Assembly (NCBI GenBank): GCA_043290085.1
Contig: CM091797.1
Coordinates: 22,174,880-22,238,879, forward strand
Reading direction: 5' to 3'
DNA from: Rhynchocyon petersi
Lineage: Eukaryota
DNA length: 64,000 nucleotides
The notes under the pieces are model-generated. The model made no database searches and was not told the DNA's origin. It worked only from the letters and a program-made list of their open reading frames with translations. Positions 27,190-39,367 of the stretch are shown here, piece after piece. The position numbers and the translations under genes are program-made. Within the stretch, counting starts at the first letter, position 1, and each line of letters begins with the position of its first letter.

Positions 27190-27700
27190 CTTAACTGTCA
27201 AGGATTTCATTTCACTCGGATCCACAAACATCACCAAAAGTAGGAGCCGTCAATACTGTATCGGGCAAATCTGTCATCAAAGACATTTTAAAAATGTTGA
27301 AGAGCAAGGATGTCTGTTCAAAGACTAAGATGTGCCTGACCCAAGCTATGGCATTTTCAGTTCCTTCATGTGCATGGAAAAGCTGGAGGAAGAATAAGGA
27401 AGACCAAAGGAAAATGAAAGCCTTTGAATTGAGGTATTGGTGAGCAATATTGAATACACCAGGGCCTGTCCAAAAAGACAAAACTGTCTTGAAAAAACCA
27501 CAACCAGGGTGCTCTCTGCAGGCAAAAATAATGAAACTTCATTTCACATGGTTTGGGTACGTTGTCAGGAGGACCCAGTCCTTGGGGGGGGAAAGACATC
27601 TTGCTGGGAAAAGTAGAGGGTTAGCAAAGAGGAAGACCCTCAAGGAGATGGTCTGACACATTAACTGGAACAATGGGCTTGATCCAGAACCTCAACAGGG
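27190..27700 (+). mobile_element. Old RTE/BovB tail fragment
   Basis: Diverged reading of the RTE C-terminal region. Confidence 0.5.
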
Positions 27701-27814
27701 AAAAACCAAACAACCGATTACAACACGGGGAGAAGATATGAAGAGAATCTTCACCAACAGCCTATCAATATGGCCAACGGCCTTATGAAGAAATGCTCAA
27801 GTTCACTAGGTATT

Positions 27815-30250
27815 GTTGTTATGTGCCATCGAGTCAAAGACAATTCATAGTGACCCTATGAACTGCAGACCTGAAATGCGCCCTATCTTGTGCCATACTC
27901 ACCAACCCCAACACACCTGCACCCATCGCTGCAGTAAACATGTCCGTCCATCCACCTAGTTGAGGGTGTGCCCCTCCTTCTCTTACCCTCCACCTTTCCA
28001 AGCTGATGTCCTTCTCCAGAGAATGGTCTCTTCTAGCAATATGTCCAAAATACGTGAGGCAGAGCTTCGCCACCCTTGCCTCCAAGGAGCACTCCGGTTG
28101 GACCCTCTCCAAGACATATTTGTTTGTTTTCTCGGCCATCCATGGGATATTGAGCACTCTTTCTCCAACACCACAGCTCAAAGGTATCAATTCTTCTTCT
28201 GTCCTCCCTAGTCATCATCCAACCTTCAGAAGCATGGGTAGTGATTGAGAACACCATGGTTTGGATCAGATGCACCTTTGTTTTCAGACTGACATCATTA
28301 CTCTTCACAACCTTGGCCAGGTCTCTAACTGCAGCCTTTCCCAATGTGATACGTCTTTGACCTCTTGACTGCTGGTACCAAGGGTGCTGACTGTGGATCC
28401 AAGTAATATGAAATCATTGACAGTTTCAATTTTCTCTCCAACAATTATGATATCCTTATTGGCGCCATGGTAAGGATCTTGGTTTTCCTGAAATTTAGCT
28501 GCAATCCATATGGCAAACTGCATTCCTTGTGTTTCTGCAGCAGAGCTTTCAAGTCTTCTTCACTTTCTGCAAGCAAAGTTGTATCATCTGCATATCACAA
28601 GTTGTTGATGCTCCTCCCTCCAATCCTGATGGCATGTTCTTAGTAGAGTCCTGCTTCCCAAAAAATACACTCTGCACACTGATTGAATAGGTATGGGGAC
28701 AGGATACAGCCCTGATGCATGCCTTTCCTGACCTTGAACCACGTAGTGTTCCTATGCTCTGTTCTTACCATGGCTTCCTGATCTATGTATAGATTTTACA
28801 TGTGTACAATCAAGTGTTCTGGAATTCCCATCTCCCTCAATGTCAGCCATAGTTTGTTGTGATCCACACAATCAAATACCTTTGCATAGTCAATGGAACA
28901 CAAGGTAGACAGTCTTCTGATATTTATGTTGAGGCAGCATCCATCTGACATCTGCAAAGATATCCCTAGTTCCCCAGTCTGCAGTAGTTGAGAAATATTG
29001 AGGATTCCTGGTATAAGATTTAATGACGCTCTGTTTGTAATACCAGCCTGTAAAGAGTTAATGAGTTTGCGGACTATGTCTTACCACAGAGTTTTTCCGG
29101 TGTGTAGAGCAGACTCTGGAGAGAGTTACAGGAAGTAGTCACTCTCGTTTATGATTAAAAGACGTCACTAGACCACTCCCCCCCAAAACGAATAAAAACG
29201 GCAGGGCCGGAAATTCCTTCCTTTTTCGCCTATACCTTTCTGGAGGTCAGTGTGCTGATTTTGTCCGCGGAAAAACCTCGTGGTCGCGACACCAGTCCCT
29301 TCTGAATCCAGCCTGACTTTCTAGCAGTTCTCTCTCAATGCTCCAGTCATTTTTTAATAACCTTCAATAGAATTTTGTCTGCATGTGCTATCAGTGATAT
29401 TGTTCCGTAATTTCCACTTTCTTTGGGATCCCCTTTTTTAGGGGTTGGGACAAATATGGATCTTTTCCAATCACTTGACCAGGTGGTTGTCCTCCAGATT
29501 TCTTGGCACAGCTTGGTGAGCACATCTAGGGCTGCATCAGTTTGTTGAAATAGGTCAATAGGTGCACTATCAATTCCAGGGGCCTTGCTTTTTGCCAAAG
29601 TCTTCAGCACTGCTTCAACTTCCTCCCTCATTACTATTGGATCTTGCATATAGTATACTTTCTGAAACACTTCTTTGTCATTCAGATCCTTTTAGTACAC
29701 TGACTCTCTGTACTCCTTCCATCTTCTTTTGATGATCCTTGGTTCATGCAATATTTTGCCAGAAATGTCTTTTTTTTTTTAATTTTTTGGTTTTGTTCTT
29801 TTTTCTTCTTTCAGAAATGTCTTTTAGTAGTGCTACTCGAAGTCTGAATTTGTTCTTCAGCTCTTTCAACTTGAGAAATACTGAATGGGTTCTTCCTTTT
29901 TTACTTTACAGCTCCATTTCTTTGCACATTTCATTATAGTACCTCGCTTTGTCTTCACAAGTGGCCCTTTGAAATCTTCCATTCAGAGCTCTTACATCCT
30001 CTTGTCTTCTCTTTGTTTTGGCCTCTCATCATTCTATTGCAATCTTCAGTTTCATCTGACATCCATTTTGGTCGCTTCTTCCTTTCCTGTCTTTGCAATG
30101 ACCTTCTGCTTTCTTTTGGATGATATCCTTGATTTCCTCCCCAGCTCCTCTGGTCTTCTTTCAATAGTGTTCAGTGCCTCAAACCTATTCCTGAGGTGGA
30201 TTTTGAATTCTGGTGGGATAGCTGCAGGTCATATTTTGGTAGTCATGGGA
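27815..30250 (-). mobile_element. RTE/BovB element (5'-truncated), interrupted by a solo LTR
   Basis: Minus-strand ORFs 27834-28190, 28033-28344, 28305-28523 and 29347-29670 are colinear with the 949-aa RTE ORF. Interrupted between 28979 and 29292. Confidence 0.8.
28980..29291 (+). repeat. Solo LTR of the same ERV family as the provirus at 48867 (~95% similar)
   Basis: 'tgcagtagttgagaaatattgagg...cctcgtggtcgcgaca' aligns end to end with the 310-bp proviral LTRs. TG...CA termini. Flanked by the 6-bp TSD 'ccagtc' (28974-28979 and 29292-29297). Confidence 0.85.
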
Positions 30251-30840
30251 TGATTTCTCTAGGTATTAGAGAGCTGCAAATAAAAACAACAGTGAGATTT
30301 CATCTCACTCCAGCAACAAGTTATAAGTTCAACAGGACAACAAATAAATGCTGGAGAGGATGTAGCAAGATCAGAACCTTCATGCATTGCTGGTAAGAGT
30401 GTAAAACGGTACAACCACTATGGAGAGAAGGCTAGCACATCCTCAGAAGACTGAAAATAAAAATACAATTTGACCCAGACATCACCCTACTAGGAATATA
30501 TCCCACAGAAAACAAAAATAGTATTATGCAAATAGACTTGCACAATCAAATTTATAGCCGCATTATTCACAAGAGCAAGGAGATGGAAGCAGCCCAAATG
30601 CCCATTGACAAGAGGATGAATAGAGAAATAGTGGACATTCGCACAGCGGAGTATCATGCAGCAGTGAGAAACAATGAACCTGGAAAACACTACAGAACGC
30701 GGAGACAGCGGAGTATCATGCAGCAGTGAGAAACAATGAACCTGGAAAACACTACAGAACGCGGAGACGTCCGGACGACATTATGCTAAGTGAATTAACT
30801 AAATTACAGAAGGACAAACGTTGTGTAAGACCACTGTTAT
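30240..30840 (+). mobile_element. Ancient L1 ORF2 C-terminal fragment, containing a 2x ~61-bp tandem duplication (30650-30770)
   Basis: ORF 30196-30396 '...RELQIKTTVRFHLTPATSYKFNRTTNKCWRGC'. 'gcggagtatcatgcagcagtgagaaacaatgaacctggaaaacactacagaacgcggagac' is repeated. Confidence 0.6.
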
Positions 30841-31289
30841 AAAAACAGGAGGATTCTAATCTAGGGCCAGGAGATCTAGGGGAGAGGAGAAGGAGAATGG
30901 CCAGAGATGGGAACCCTGCTTAAGGAGGGTAAGGAGAAGGTCAGTGTGCAATGAATGGATGATAAGACTTTAAGGCTAAAGTAACTAACAAGCTGGAATG
31001 GGTCACGCGTTGTAGGAAGGGAAGTGGGGAGGAAGAGGAATACAGGTCAATAGGAATGGACGGATGAGGGACTAACCTCATCGTGAATTTCCATTCAAAT
31101 AGACAACAAAAAATCCAGTGGGCTTGAGCATAGCCAATGGCTATGGCGTAGCCATAGTGACGATGGCGATGGTGATGATGGCGATGGTGACGATGGCGTA
31201 GGAATGTGCAAGTTCCAATCTGTTGCTCACAGGGTTGCAAGGAGTCCTAGTTGACTTGACAGCACCTAATGACAACAATAACTTTTAAA

Positions 31290-32760
31290 ATCTGATTGGA
31301 AGATAATCGTACTTGTTCCAACTCCCAAAAAAAGGCAATCCCACGGACTGGATATTACCAAACAACACTAATATCAAATGCAAATAAAATCTTATTGAAG
31401 GTTATTAAAAAACAACTCAAGCAATATCGTTACAGTGAGCTGCCAGAAAGTCAGGCTGGATTTAGAAGAGGCCGGGGCACCAGGGATATCACTGCAGATG
31501 TCAGGTAGATCTTGGCTGATAACAAAGAATACCAAAAAGAATGTCTATTTGTGTTTCATTGACTGTGCACAGGATTTCACTGTGTGACCACAACAAACTT
31601 TGGTTAACACTTGGAGGAATAGGAATCCCAGAACACTTACTTGTGCTAATGTGAAATCTATACCTAGATCACGAAGCTGCTGTCCAAACAGAACATGGGA
31701 ATACTGCATGGTTCAAAATCAGGAAAGGTGTGCATCCGAGCTGCATCCTTTCCCTGTATCTATTCAATCTGTGTGTGGTGTGTACCATCGAGTTGTGAAC
31801 AACTCATAGTGACCCTCCCGAGGGTTTCCAGAGGCGGTATCTCACACGGAAGTAGAAACCACTCTTTCTCCCACGGAGCAGCTGGAAGTTTGAACCGCGT
31901 GCCTTTGTGCTTGCAGCGCAGCTCTTTCACCACTAGGCCATACCAGCCGCCAGGCTCTATGAGGAAGAGCATGGCATCAGGATTGGAAGAAGATGCTTCA
32001 ACAATCTGCAATGTGCAGGTGACACAACCCTGCTTGCTGAAAGTGAAAGACTTGAAGCGCCAGCTACAGAAGATCAAGGTCTGAATCTTCAGCATATGTT
32101 GCAGCTAAACCTCAAGAAAACCATGATTCTCACCACTGGGCCAATAGTGAACATCATGATCAATGGAGAAAAGACTGAAACTATCAATGATTTTGTCTTG
32201 CTTGGATCCACAGTCCACACCCTTGGCACCAGTAGTCAAGAAATCAAGACGCATCACATTGGGAAAGGCTGCTGTTAAAGACCTCTCCAAAGCACTAAAG
32301 AGCAATGATATCTCAGTTTGGAGACAAAGGTGCACCTAATGCAAACCAGTCTTCTCAGTTACTAGCTATGCATCTGAAAGTTGGATGATAAATAAGAACA
32401 ATAGAAAAAGACATGATGCCTTTGAGAAGTGGTGCTGGAGGGACTGCCAAAAGAACACACAAGTATGTCCTAGAGAAAGTGCAACCAGAGTGCTCCTTGA
32501 GGCAAGGGGTGAAGCTTCGCCCCACATATTTTGGGCATATTGTTAGGAGAGGACAGTCCCTGGAAAGGGACATCATGCTTGGAAGGGTGAAGGGTCAGTG
32601 AAGGAGAGGCAGACCCCCAACTAGATGGATGGCACAGTGACTGTAGTGATGGGCTGAGTGTGTAAGGGATGGTGAGGATGATGCAGGACAGGATGGCTTT
32701 CAGGTCTGCTGTTCCTAGGGTTGCCGTGAGTTATACTTGACTTGATGGCACCTAACAACA
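31290..32760 (+). mobile_element. RTE/BovB fragment (RT part to tail), decayed, carrying a SINE insertion
   Basis: ORFs 31296-31508 (QAGFRRGRGTRDITADVR) and 32096-32601. Tail '...cttgacttgatggcacctaacaacaac'. Confidence 0.7.
31779..31952 (-). mobile_element. tRNA-derived SINE, type A, inserted into the RTE fragment
   Basis: 'gtgtaccatcgagttgtgaacaactcatagtgaccctccc...ccactaggccataccagccgcc'. Confidence 0.75.
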
Positions 32761-33800
32761 ACTATTGGTGTAATAACCAGCATATGCAAAATATAAATAA
32801 TTCAGAGTATAGAAACAATGATTCTGGCAAGGGTGCAAAGTGTGTCCACTGGGAAAAGCATATTCTCGTCACCAGGTGGGCCTGGGATAACTGGGTCCAC
32901 CTATGCAGAATAATGAAGCTGGGTTCCACTTCACAGCATGTGAGGAAATAAACTCAAAATGCATCAAAAACCTAAACTTAAGAACTAAAACCATAAAACT
33001 CTTCAAAGACAGCACAAGACCAATGTCTCAGGGTCTAGTTTTTAACAATGAAGTACAAAAGCACAAGGAAAAAAAAAATAAATACACTGGATTTTACAAA
33101 CATTTCAAACCTTTAGACACCAAAGACTGTCCTGAGCTAAGATACAGGGAGCTCTGGTGTGATAGTCGTGTAGAGAGTTGAGATGCTGACTCAAAGTTGT
33201 GCCTCTCTGATGGTTCACATCCACCAGCTGATCCAAGGAAGAAAGATGGGGCAATCTCCTCTCAGTGGGTTTTACAGCCTCTGAAAGGCCCGGAGAGCCA
33301 ATTGTGAGTCAGTTCTACCTTGAAGGCAATGAGTTTAGGTTTTTTGTTGAAAAGTGGGCAAAGGATTTGAAAAGGCACTTCACCAAAGGTATACAAACGG
33401 CCAATAAGCAAATGAGGATATTCTTAACTTCTTATCCATTAAGGACACACAACTCGAAATCACAATAAGCGATTATCTCACCCCCACTTGGATGGCAGTT
33501 ATCATTACAATAAATGTTGGCAGTCAGTATGTAGTGAAATTGAAACCCTCACTCATTGCTGCTACATCTGTAAAATGGTGCGGCAGCTGTGAAAGCTTGG
33601 CTGTTCCTCAAAAAGTTAAACACAGAACTATCCTATGACCTAGCAGTTTCACTCATAGGTATATATTCAAAACCAGAAAGTAGGGAATCAAAGAGATACT
33701 TGTACACCAATGATCACTATAGCTCTTCACAAAAGCCGTATGATGGCCACAACCTACATGTCCAGTAATAGAAGGATTCTATGTGTCCATCGACAGAAGA
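32760..33800 (+). mobile_element. Ancient L1 ORF2 3' fragment, with an embedded type-B SINE (~33150-33310, plus strand)
   Basis: Diverged L1 C-terminal reading (ORFs 32742-33468). Inside it, 'gagctctggtgtgatagtcgtgtagagagttgagatgctgactcaaag...'. Confidence 0.5.
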
Positions 33801-33802
33801 AT

Positions 33803-33976
33803 GGTGGTGGTGGTGTATACCATCGAGTCGTGAACGACTCATAGTGACCCTCCTGAGGGTTTCCGGAGGCAGTATCTCACACGGAAGTAGAAACCACTCT
33901 TTCTCCCGCGGAGCAGCTGGCAGGTTTGAACCGCGTGCCTTTGGGCTTGCAGCGCAGCTCTTTCGCCACTAGGCCC
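33803..33976 (-). mobile_element. tRNA-derived SINE, type A
   Basis: 'gtataccatcgagtcgtgaacgactcatagtgaccctcc...cgccactaggcc'. Flanked by a ~15-bp imperfect TSD 'catcgacagaagaat' / 'catcaacagaagaat'. Confidence 0.8.
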
Positions 33977-34171
33977 CATCAACAGAAGAATAGATAAACA
34001 AAATGAAAATAGATCCAAAAATACTTACTCCTCACTTAGTGACTATCTCATTATCTGACATTTCACATGACAATAGTGAAAAATCTACTATCCAACTATT
34101 GTGCTCATGAACACTGCACACCTGGTAGTAATGGACTTGAGTTGAAAGGCAAGATTTACACTGGCTACTGT

Positions 34172-34720
34172 AGCCGGCATGGCCCAGTGGAGAAAGAGCT
34201 GCGCTGCAAGCCCAAAGGCACGCAGTTCAAACCCGCCAGCTGCTCCTCGGGAGAAAGAGTGGTTTCTTCTTCCGTGTGAGATACCACCTCCGGAAACCCT
34301 CGGGAGGGTCACTATGAGTCGTTCACGACTCGACGGTACACCACACACACTATGGTCTTCTCAATTCCTAAGTATGCTTCTGAAAGTTGGATAGTGAGTA
34401 AGGACAACAGAACAAGAACTGATGGCTTTGAGTTGTGATGCTGGAGAAGAGAGCTCAATATTCCATGGACTGCCAAAAGAATAAGAGAAAGTACAACCAG
34501 CGTGCTGCTTGGAGGAGGCAAGGATGGTGAAACTTCACCTCACATATTTTGGGCATATTGTTAGGAGAGGCCAGTCCCTGGAAAGGGACATCATGCTTGG
34601 AAAGGTCAATGAAGGAGAGGCAGACCCTTAACTACATAGACACAGTGATTGCAACAATGGACTCGAGTGTGTGAGGGATGGTGAGGATGGTGCAAGATAG
34701 GGCAGTTTTCAGATCTGATG
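34172..34720 (+). mobile_element. Type-A SINE (34172-34350) followed by an old RTE tail fragment (34350-34720)
   Basis: 'tagccggcatggcccagtggagaaagagctgcgctgcaagcccaaaggcacgcagttcaaacccgccagctgctcc...cgactcgacggtacacc'. RTE-like reading after it (FELWCWRRELNIPW...). Confidence 0.7.
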
Positions 34721-34954
34721 TCCAGAGTAAAGATGAGCCATACTCAACTAGATAGCACCTAACAATAACATGATGATTTAGGCTGTTTAACAACTTGGTT
34801 GGGCCCAGATTCTTAGTGGTCTTACAGAAATTTTTATCTAAAGATATACTCATTATGCCATTTTGTCAACCAGTGAAGGCAAGTCAGGAATGAAAACGTA
34901 TTCATATAATGAGATCTTTAGAAATGAAGTCTTGACACATGCTACAAGAATGAA

Positions 34955-35075
34955 TCTTGGGGGTCACCGTGGTGGCCCAACGGTTAAACACTTGGCTGCT
35001 AAGTGAAAGGTTGATTGTTCAAACTCACCGGCAACTCTGCAGGGGAAAAGACCTAGCATTTGGCTCCCAAATGAT
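34955..35075 (+). mobile_element. Fragment of a different tRNA-like SINE head
   Basis: 'gggggtcaccgtggtggcccaacggttaaacacttggctgctaagtgaaaggttgattgttcaaactcaccggcaactctgcagggg' with box A/B-like motifs. Family not determined. Confidence 0.35.
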
Positions 35076-35099
35076 TTACAAGAATGAATCCTGAAAATA

Positions 35100-35300
35100 C
35101 TGTGCTGGATGAAGTACTCGGCTGATTGCCAGAGAGCTGGAATCAACTCATAACTGACTCTCCAGCAGGTTTTCAGAGGCTGTAAATCACAAGAGAAGAA
35201 ACCACTACCCATCTTTCTCTCACATCAGCTGGTGGATCTTGACTGCCTGCCTTTGAGTTGCAGCTCAACTCCTGACCCAGGAGGCCATTAACTCCTGAGT
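35100..35300 (-). mobile_element. tRNA-derived SINE, type B, degraded
   Basis: '...atcaactcataactgactctccagcaggttttcagaggctgtaaatcaca...'. Confidence 0.45.
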
Positions 35301-35399
35301 GAAATAAGTCAGTCACAGAGAGACAAATAAGGTATGAGCCCATTTAGATGATACATGAAGAACAGGTGAAAAGAAATGACAGTTTATTCTGTTACTACA

Positions 35400-35563
35400 G
35401 GTACAAACCGTCGAGTAGTGAACCCTCCCAAGGGTTTCCAGAGGCAGTATCTCACACGGAAGTAGAAACCACTCTTTCTCCCACGGAGCAGCTGGCGGGT
35501 TTGAACCGCGTGCCTTTGGGCTTGCAGCGTAGCTCTTTCACCACTAGGCCATGCCAGCTGCCC
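35400..35563 (-). mobile_element. tRNA-derived SINE, type A, directly abutting the 5'-truncation point of the next RTE
   Basis: 'ggtacaaaccgtcgagtagtgaaccctccc...ccactaggccatgccagctgcc'. Confidence 0.75.
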
Positions 35564-36240
35564 TTACCACAGGGCCAATAGGGGATATCATGGTTGATGG
35601 AGAGAAAATCGAAACTGTCAGTAATTTTATACTGCTTGGATCCACAGTCAATACCCTTGGCACCAGTAGCCAGGAGATCAAAAGACGTATCACATTGGGG
35701 AAGGCCGCGGTTAGAGACCTTGCCAAGGTTCTGAAGAATAATGATGTAAGTCTAAGGACAAAGGTGCATCCGATTCAAACAATGGTCTTCTCTATCACTA
35801 CACATGCATCTGAAAGTTGGACAATGACTAGGGAAGATAGAAGAAGAATTGATGCCTTTGAGCTGTGGTGTTGTAGAAGAGTGCTCAATATTCCATAGAT
35901 GGCCAGGAAGACAAACAGATATGTTCTGGAGAAGGTCCAACCAGAGTTCTCCTTGGAGGCAAGGGTGACAAAGCTCCGCCTCACATATTTCGGACATGTT
36001 GCTAGGAGGGACGGGTTCCTGGAGAAGGACATTATGTTTGGGAAGGTGGAGGGTAAGAGAAAGAGGGGCAGACCCCCGACAAGATGGTTGGACACAGTTA
36101 CGGCAGCGATGGGTGCCAGTGTGTCAGGGTTGGTGAGGATGGCACAGGATAGGGGGCATTTCAGGTCTGTGGTTCATAGGGTCGCTATGAGTCGTCTTCG
36201 ACTCGATGACACATAACAACATAACAACAACAACAACAAC
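35564..36240 (+). mobile_element. RTE/BovB 3' fragment with an (AAC)n tail
   Basis: ORFs 35551-35898 and 35899-36216 match the RTE C-terminus (…TTGPIGDIMVDGEKIETVSNF..., ...HRVAMSRLRLDDT). Tail 'cataacaacataacaacaacaacaac'. Confidence 0.8.
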
Positions 36241-36399
36241 AACAGGTACAAAGGAGGGGAGTATTGCTTAGGGGGCACAGAGCTTTAATTCAAGATAATG
36301 TGAAAATTTGGAAACACAAAGCATTGACAGTTGCAAAACATTATGAGCAAGACTACAATTACATTGCACATATAAAATACGTTAAATAGTTAAATGTTT

Positions 36400-37140
36400 T
36401 GTTATATATACTGCACTATACTTTTTAAAACCCTAGTAAAATTCCTGCAGAGGCTTAATGACTGCAGTCTTCGATATGGATTGTGGCTAAACCTCAAGAA
36501 AGCCAAGATCCTCACCACTGAGCCAATAGGGGATATCAGGATCGATGGAGAAAGATTTGAAACTGTCAGTGATTTCCTCTTGCCTGTATCCAGTCAACAA
36601 AATCCCTTAGTAAGAGCAGTCAAGAAAGAAAACAATGTATTACAATGGGACAGGTTGTTGTTAAGGACCTTTCCAAAATACTGAAGAGTAATGATGTCAG
36701 TTTGAAGATGAAGGAACACCCGATCCAAACCATGCTCTTCTCAATCACTAGCTATGCATCTGCAAGTTGGACAATAACCACGGACGACAGAAAAAGAATT
36801 GATGCCTTTGAGCAGTGGTGTTGAAGAAGAGTGCTCAATATCCCCTGGATGGCCAAGAGAAAAAAATATGTCCTGGAGAGGGTCCAGCCAGAGTACTCTT
36901 TAGAGGCAAGGATAGTGAAACTTCACCTCACATATTTTGGACATGTTGTTAGAAGAGGCCGGTCCGTGGAATGGGACATCACACTTGGAAAAAGGTGGAG
37001 GGTAAGAGAAAGAGAGGCAGACCTTGGACTAGATGGATAGGCACAGTGACTGCAATGATGCATCAAGTGATGATGAGGATGGCACAGGATAGGGCAAGTT
37101 TCAGATCTACTGTTCATAGGTGCTATGGCACCTAACAACA
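36400..37140 (+). mobile_element. Older RTE/BovB 3' fragment
   Basis: ORFs 36394-36684 and 36831-37040 (LNIPWMAKRKKYVLERVQPEYSLEARIVKLHLTYFGHVVRRG). Confidence 0.7.
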
Positions 37141-37789
37141 ACAGTAAAACTCCTTACTAATATGTTGTGAGGAGGCACTTGAGTCTTTTTCCAATTTAAA
37201 AGGGGGTAAAAAACAGTAAGTTAAAAAATACTTACCTTCTTTTCAGTTTCCTTTCTATTTTTATCTGGGGGTAGCATGAAGTAGAAAAATATTGTTTTAA
37301 CTTAATCTGCTCTCCATTGTTGATATGAAGCCACTTACAAAGGAGGCATTGATAGGAAAAAAATGCCTAGGATTAACATGTGGACTCCAGATTTTTCAAA
37401 TATCAAAACCGAACTGAAACAAATTGTCAGCTTTGACACCTCTATATAAACGTTCTTAAAGTCACTTGGAGGGGGAAAGAACGATAAAACTCTCTCCTAA
37501 GTACCAAAAGATCCTAAATTGGCTTGGGAAGTGATGGCTTGGGAAGTCCGTCAGAATAAGAGTAGTATCTTGAAAGCCTTATTTCTCGTCAAATGCCACG
37601 ATCTATGGTGAAACAAAACCAGAAGCATTCTACAGGGATGAAAACGATGAGTTAAAGCATAAGATCGACAGCAAAGCCAATTAAACTCTCTCGAAAGTCT
37701 AAACAATAGCTCCAAGCCAGGCCAAAACCGCAAGAAAGGTAGACTGCCAAGGCTCCTGAAACAGCCTTAACCCCTGATGGGCATTAAAC

Positions 37790-38260
37790 CGGTGGTTCCC
37801 GAGGTCAGCCGACCACCCCGTCCTTCCGACTCGCTTCCTCGGCCGAGTCGACCCAACCCTCGCAACCCATTAGCCCTCTCCATGGCGCCCAATACCCGCT
37901 CCATGCCCCTCACCGCTCTCCTCCTCCGACTAGCACAGAAGTGGCAATGGACTCCCGCCGCATTTACAAACTAGCCGCCGCAGCTGCTTTCCGGCTGGGT
38001 CACTGCTTCTGACTCGAGTAGCCCCGCCCATTCTCAAGGGCTGTTGGGAAACGTAGTTCTTTCCGGGTCTTCCGCGTAAGATGTAGCACCGCCGGAACCT
38101 GGTAAACTACAACTCCCAGAGGTACTATGAATAAGGACGTTACGGTGTGTGTTACTGGGAGACGCCTCAGTCCCTGCAGGCTACCAGATGGAGTAGGGCT
38201 TGGGGGCGGGAACGGGGCGGGAACGGGGCGGGCCCGCGGGAGGGAAGATTGTTTACAGTT
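37790..38260. promoter_or_regulatory. CpG island / probable housekeeping-type (possibly bidirectional) promoter
   Basis: The only CpG-dense, GC-rich block in the window. Three tandem GC boxes 'ggggcgggaacggggcgggaacggggcggg' (38205-38235). Several ETS-type 'ccggaa/ttccgg' cores. 'actacaactcccag' (38107-38120) resembles the ZNF143/Staf SBS extended motif. 'ccatggcgcc' Kozak-like ATG context on both strands (37880-37889). Confidence 0.6.
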
Positions 38261-39014
38261 AAAGGGCACTGAACTGAAAACTGCATTTAAAAAGAAAGGC
38301 AGAGTCTACAAGAGAAAGAAATCTATATGTTCCTTGAAAATTGGAGTGCAGAGACCCATATCTTACAACCTAGAGGCAATATTTTACAGATTGATAATGT
38401 TCTGTTAGTTGTTACTCTTGGCCTTGTTTTCCCTTTGGTTTCAGCTGTTGTCACTGGGTGACATCGAATCCAGTATGACTCATAGACATGTGTTTAATTG
38501 CTTGATGGCCTTTAAGCACTCTATTAGTTTTTATTATGCATTTTTAAAGCGGTACTTTACTTCCTAAAAACATGAAAATGACCAAAGATTTTAATGTATG
38601 TCTTAGGCTGATTCCTAGAGAAGCAAAACCAATGAACCCACAGGGCCTAATAAACCAAGATCACAGGCAACATGGTAGGCTGCTGGCTTCTGAAGCTGAT
38701 GAATTCAAGATCAGCAGGCAATATGACAGGCTGTTATCTCAAGTCTAAAGAAACAGAAGTCAGATAATGACAAGCCTGATGTAGCAAAAAATCAAGAGAC
38801 CTTTGCCAGCTGTCCAAACGTATTTGATGCAGGTCAGGCTACACACCCAAGGAAAGTTCATTTCAACACAGCAGATTTCATCAGGGAAGAGGTTACATTA
38901 TACCAAGTCTCACTAGGGACATGGTTGTTGATGCTGTTGGGTGCCACTAAGAAATTTGAAAGGCAGCTACTTTACCGACTGAATGGTCTATATGAAGATC
39001 TCTATAAAGATATA

Positions 39015-39203
39015 GGCAGCTGGTATGGTCTAGTGGTGAAAGAGCTGCGCTGCAAGCCCAAAGGCAGGCTGTTCAAACCTGCCAGCTGCTCCTCAGGAGA
39101 AAGAGTAGAAAGAGTGGTTTCTACTTCCGTGTGAGATACTGCTTCTGGAAACCCTCGGGAGGGTCACTATGAGTCGTTCACGACTCGACGGTACACACCA
39201 CAC
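39015..39203 (+). mobile_element. tRNA-derived SINE, type A
   Basis: 'ggcagctggtatggtctagtggtgaaagagctgcgctgcaagcccaaaggcaggctgttcaaacctgccagctgctcc...cgactcgacggtacacaccacacc'. Flanking TSD 'ataaagatata'. Confidence 0.8.
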
Positions 39204-39204
39204 C

Positions 39205-39367
39205 ATAAAGATATATATATATATACGTAAAGATATAGTTATATATGTAAAGATATAGTTATATATGAAAAGATATATATGTAAAGATATAGTTATATAT
39301 GTAAAGATATAGTTATATATGTAAAGATATATATGTAAAGATATAGATATATAGATCTATATATGTA
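39205..39367. repeat. ~20-bp-unit minisatellite (GTAAAGATATAGTTATATAT)n derived from the SINE target-site sequence
   Basis: The unit is repeated about 7 times with variants, and contains the TSD motif 'taaagatata'. Confidence 0.85.

Noticed and set aside
34172..34260. tRNA gene calls from SINE heads (also at 39015, 18722, 3863 and others)
   Set aside because: The box A/B tRNA-like heads lack a complete cloverleaf with acceptor stem and are followed by SINE bodies. They are SINE promoters, not tRNA genes.
37777..38269. ORFs 37777-37974(+) and 38000-38269(-) across the CpG island
   Set aside because: They are short, GC-driven open frames with no splice continuity that I could establish. The ATGs in good Kozak context hit stops within ~40 codons. 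They are treated as promoter or 5'UTR sequence.
39205..39367. A possible CRISPR-like array
   Set aside because: The 'spacers' are degenerate variants of the same unit, so this is a eukaryotic minisatellite.
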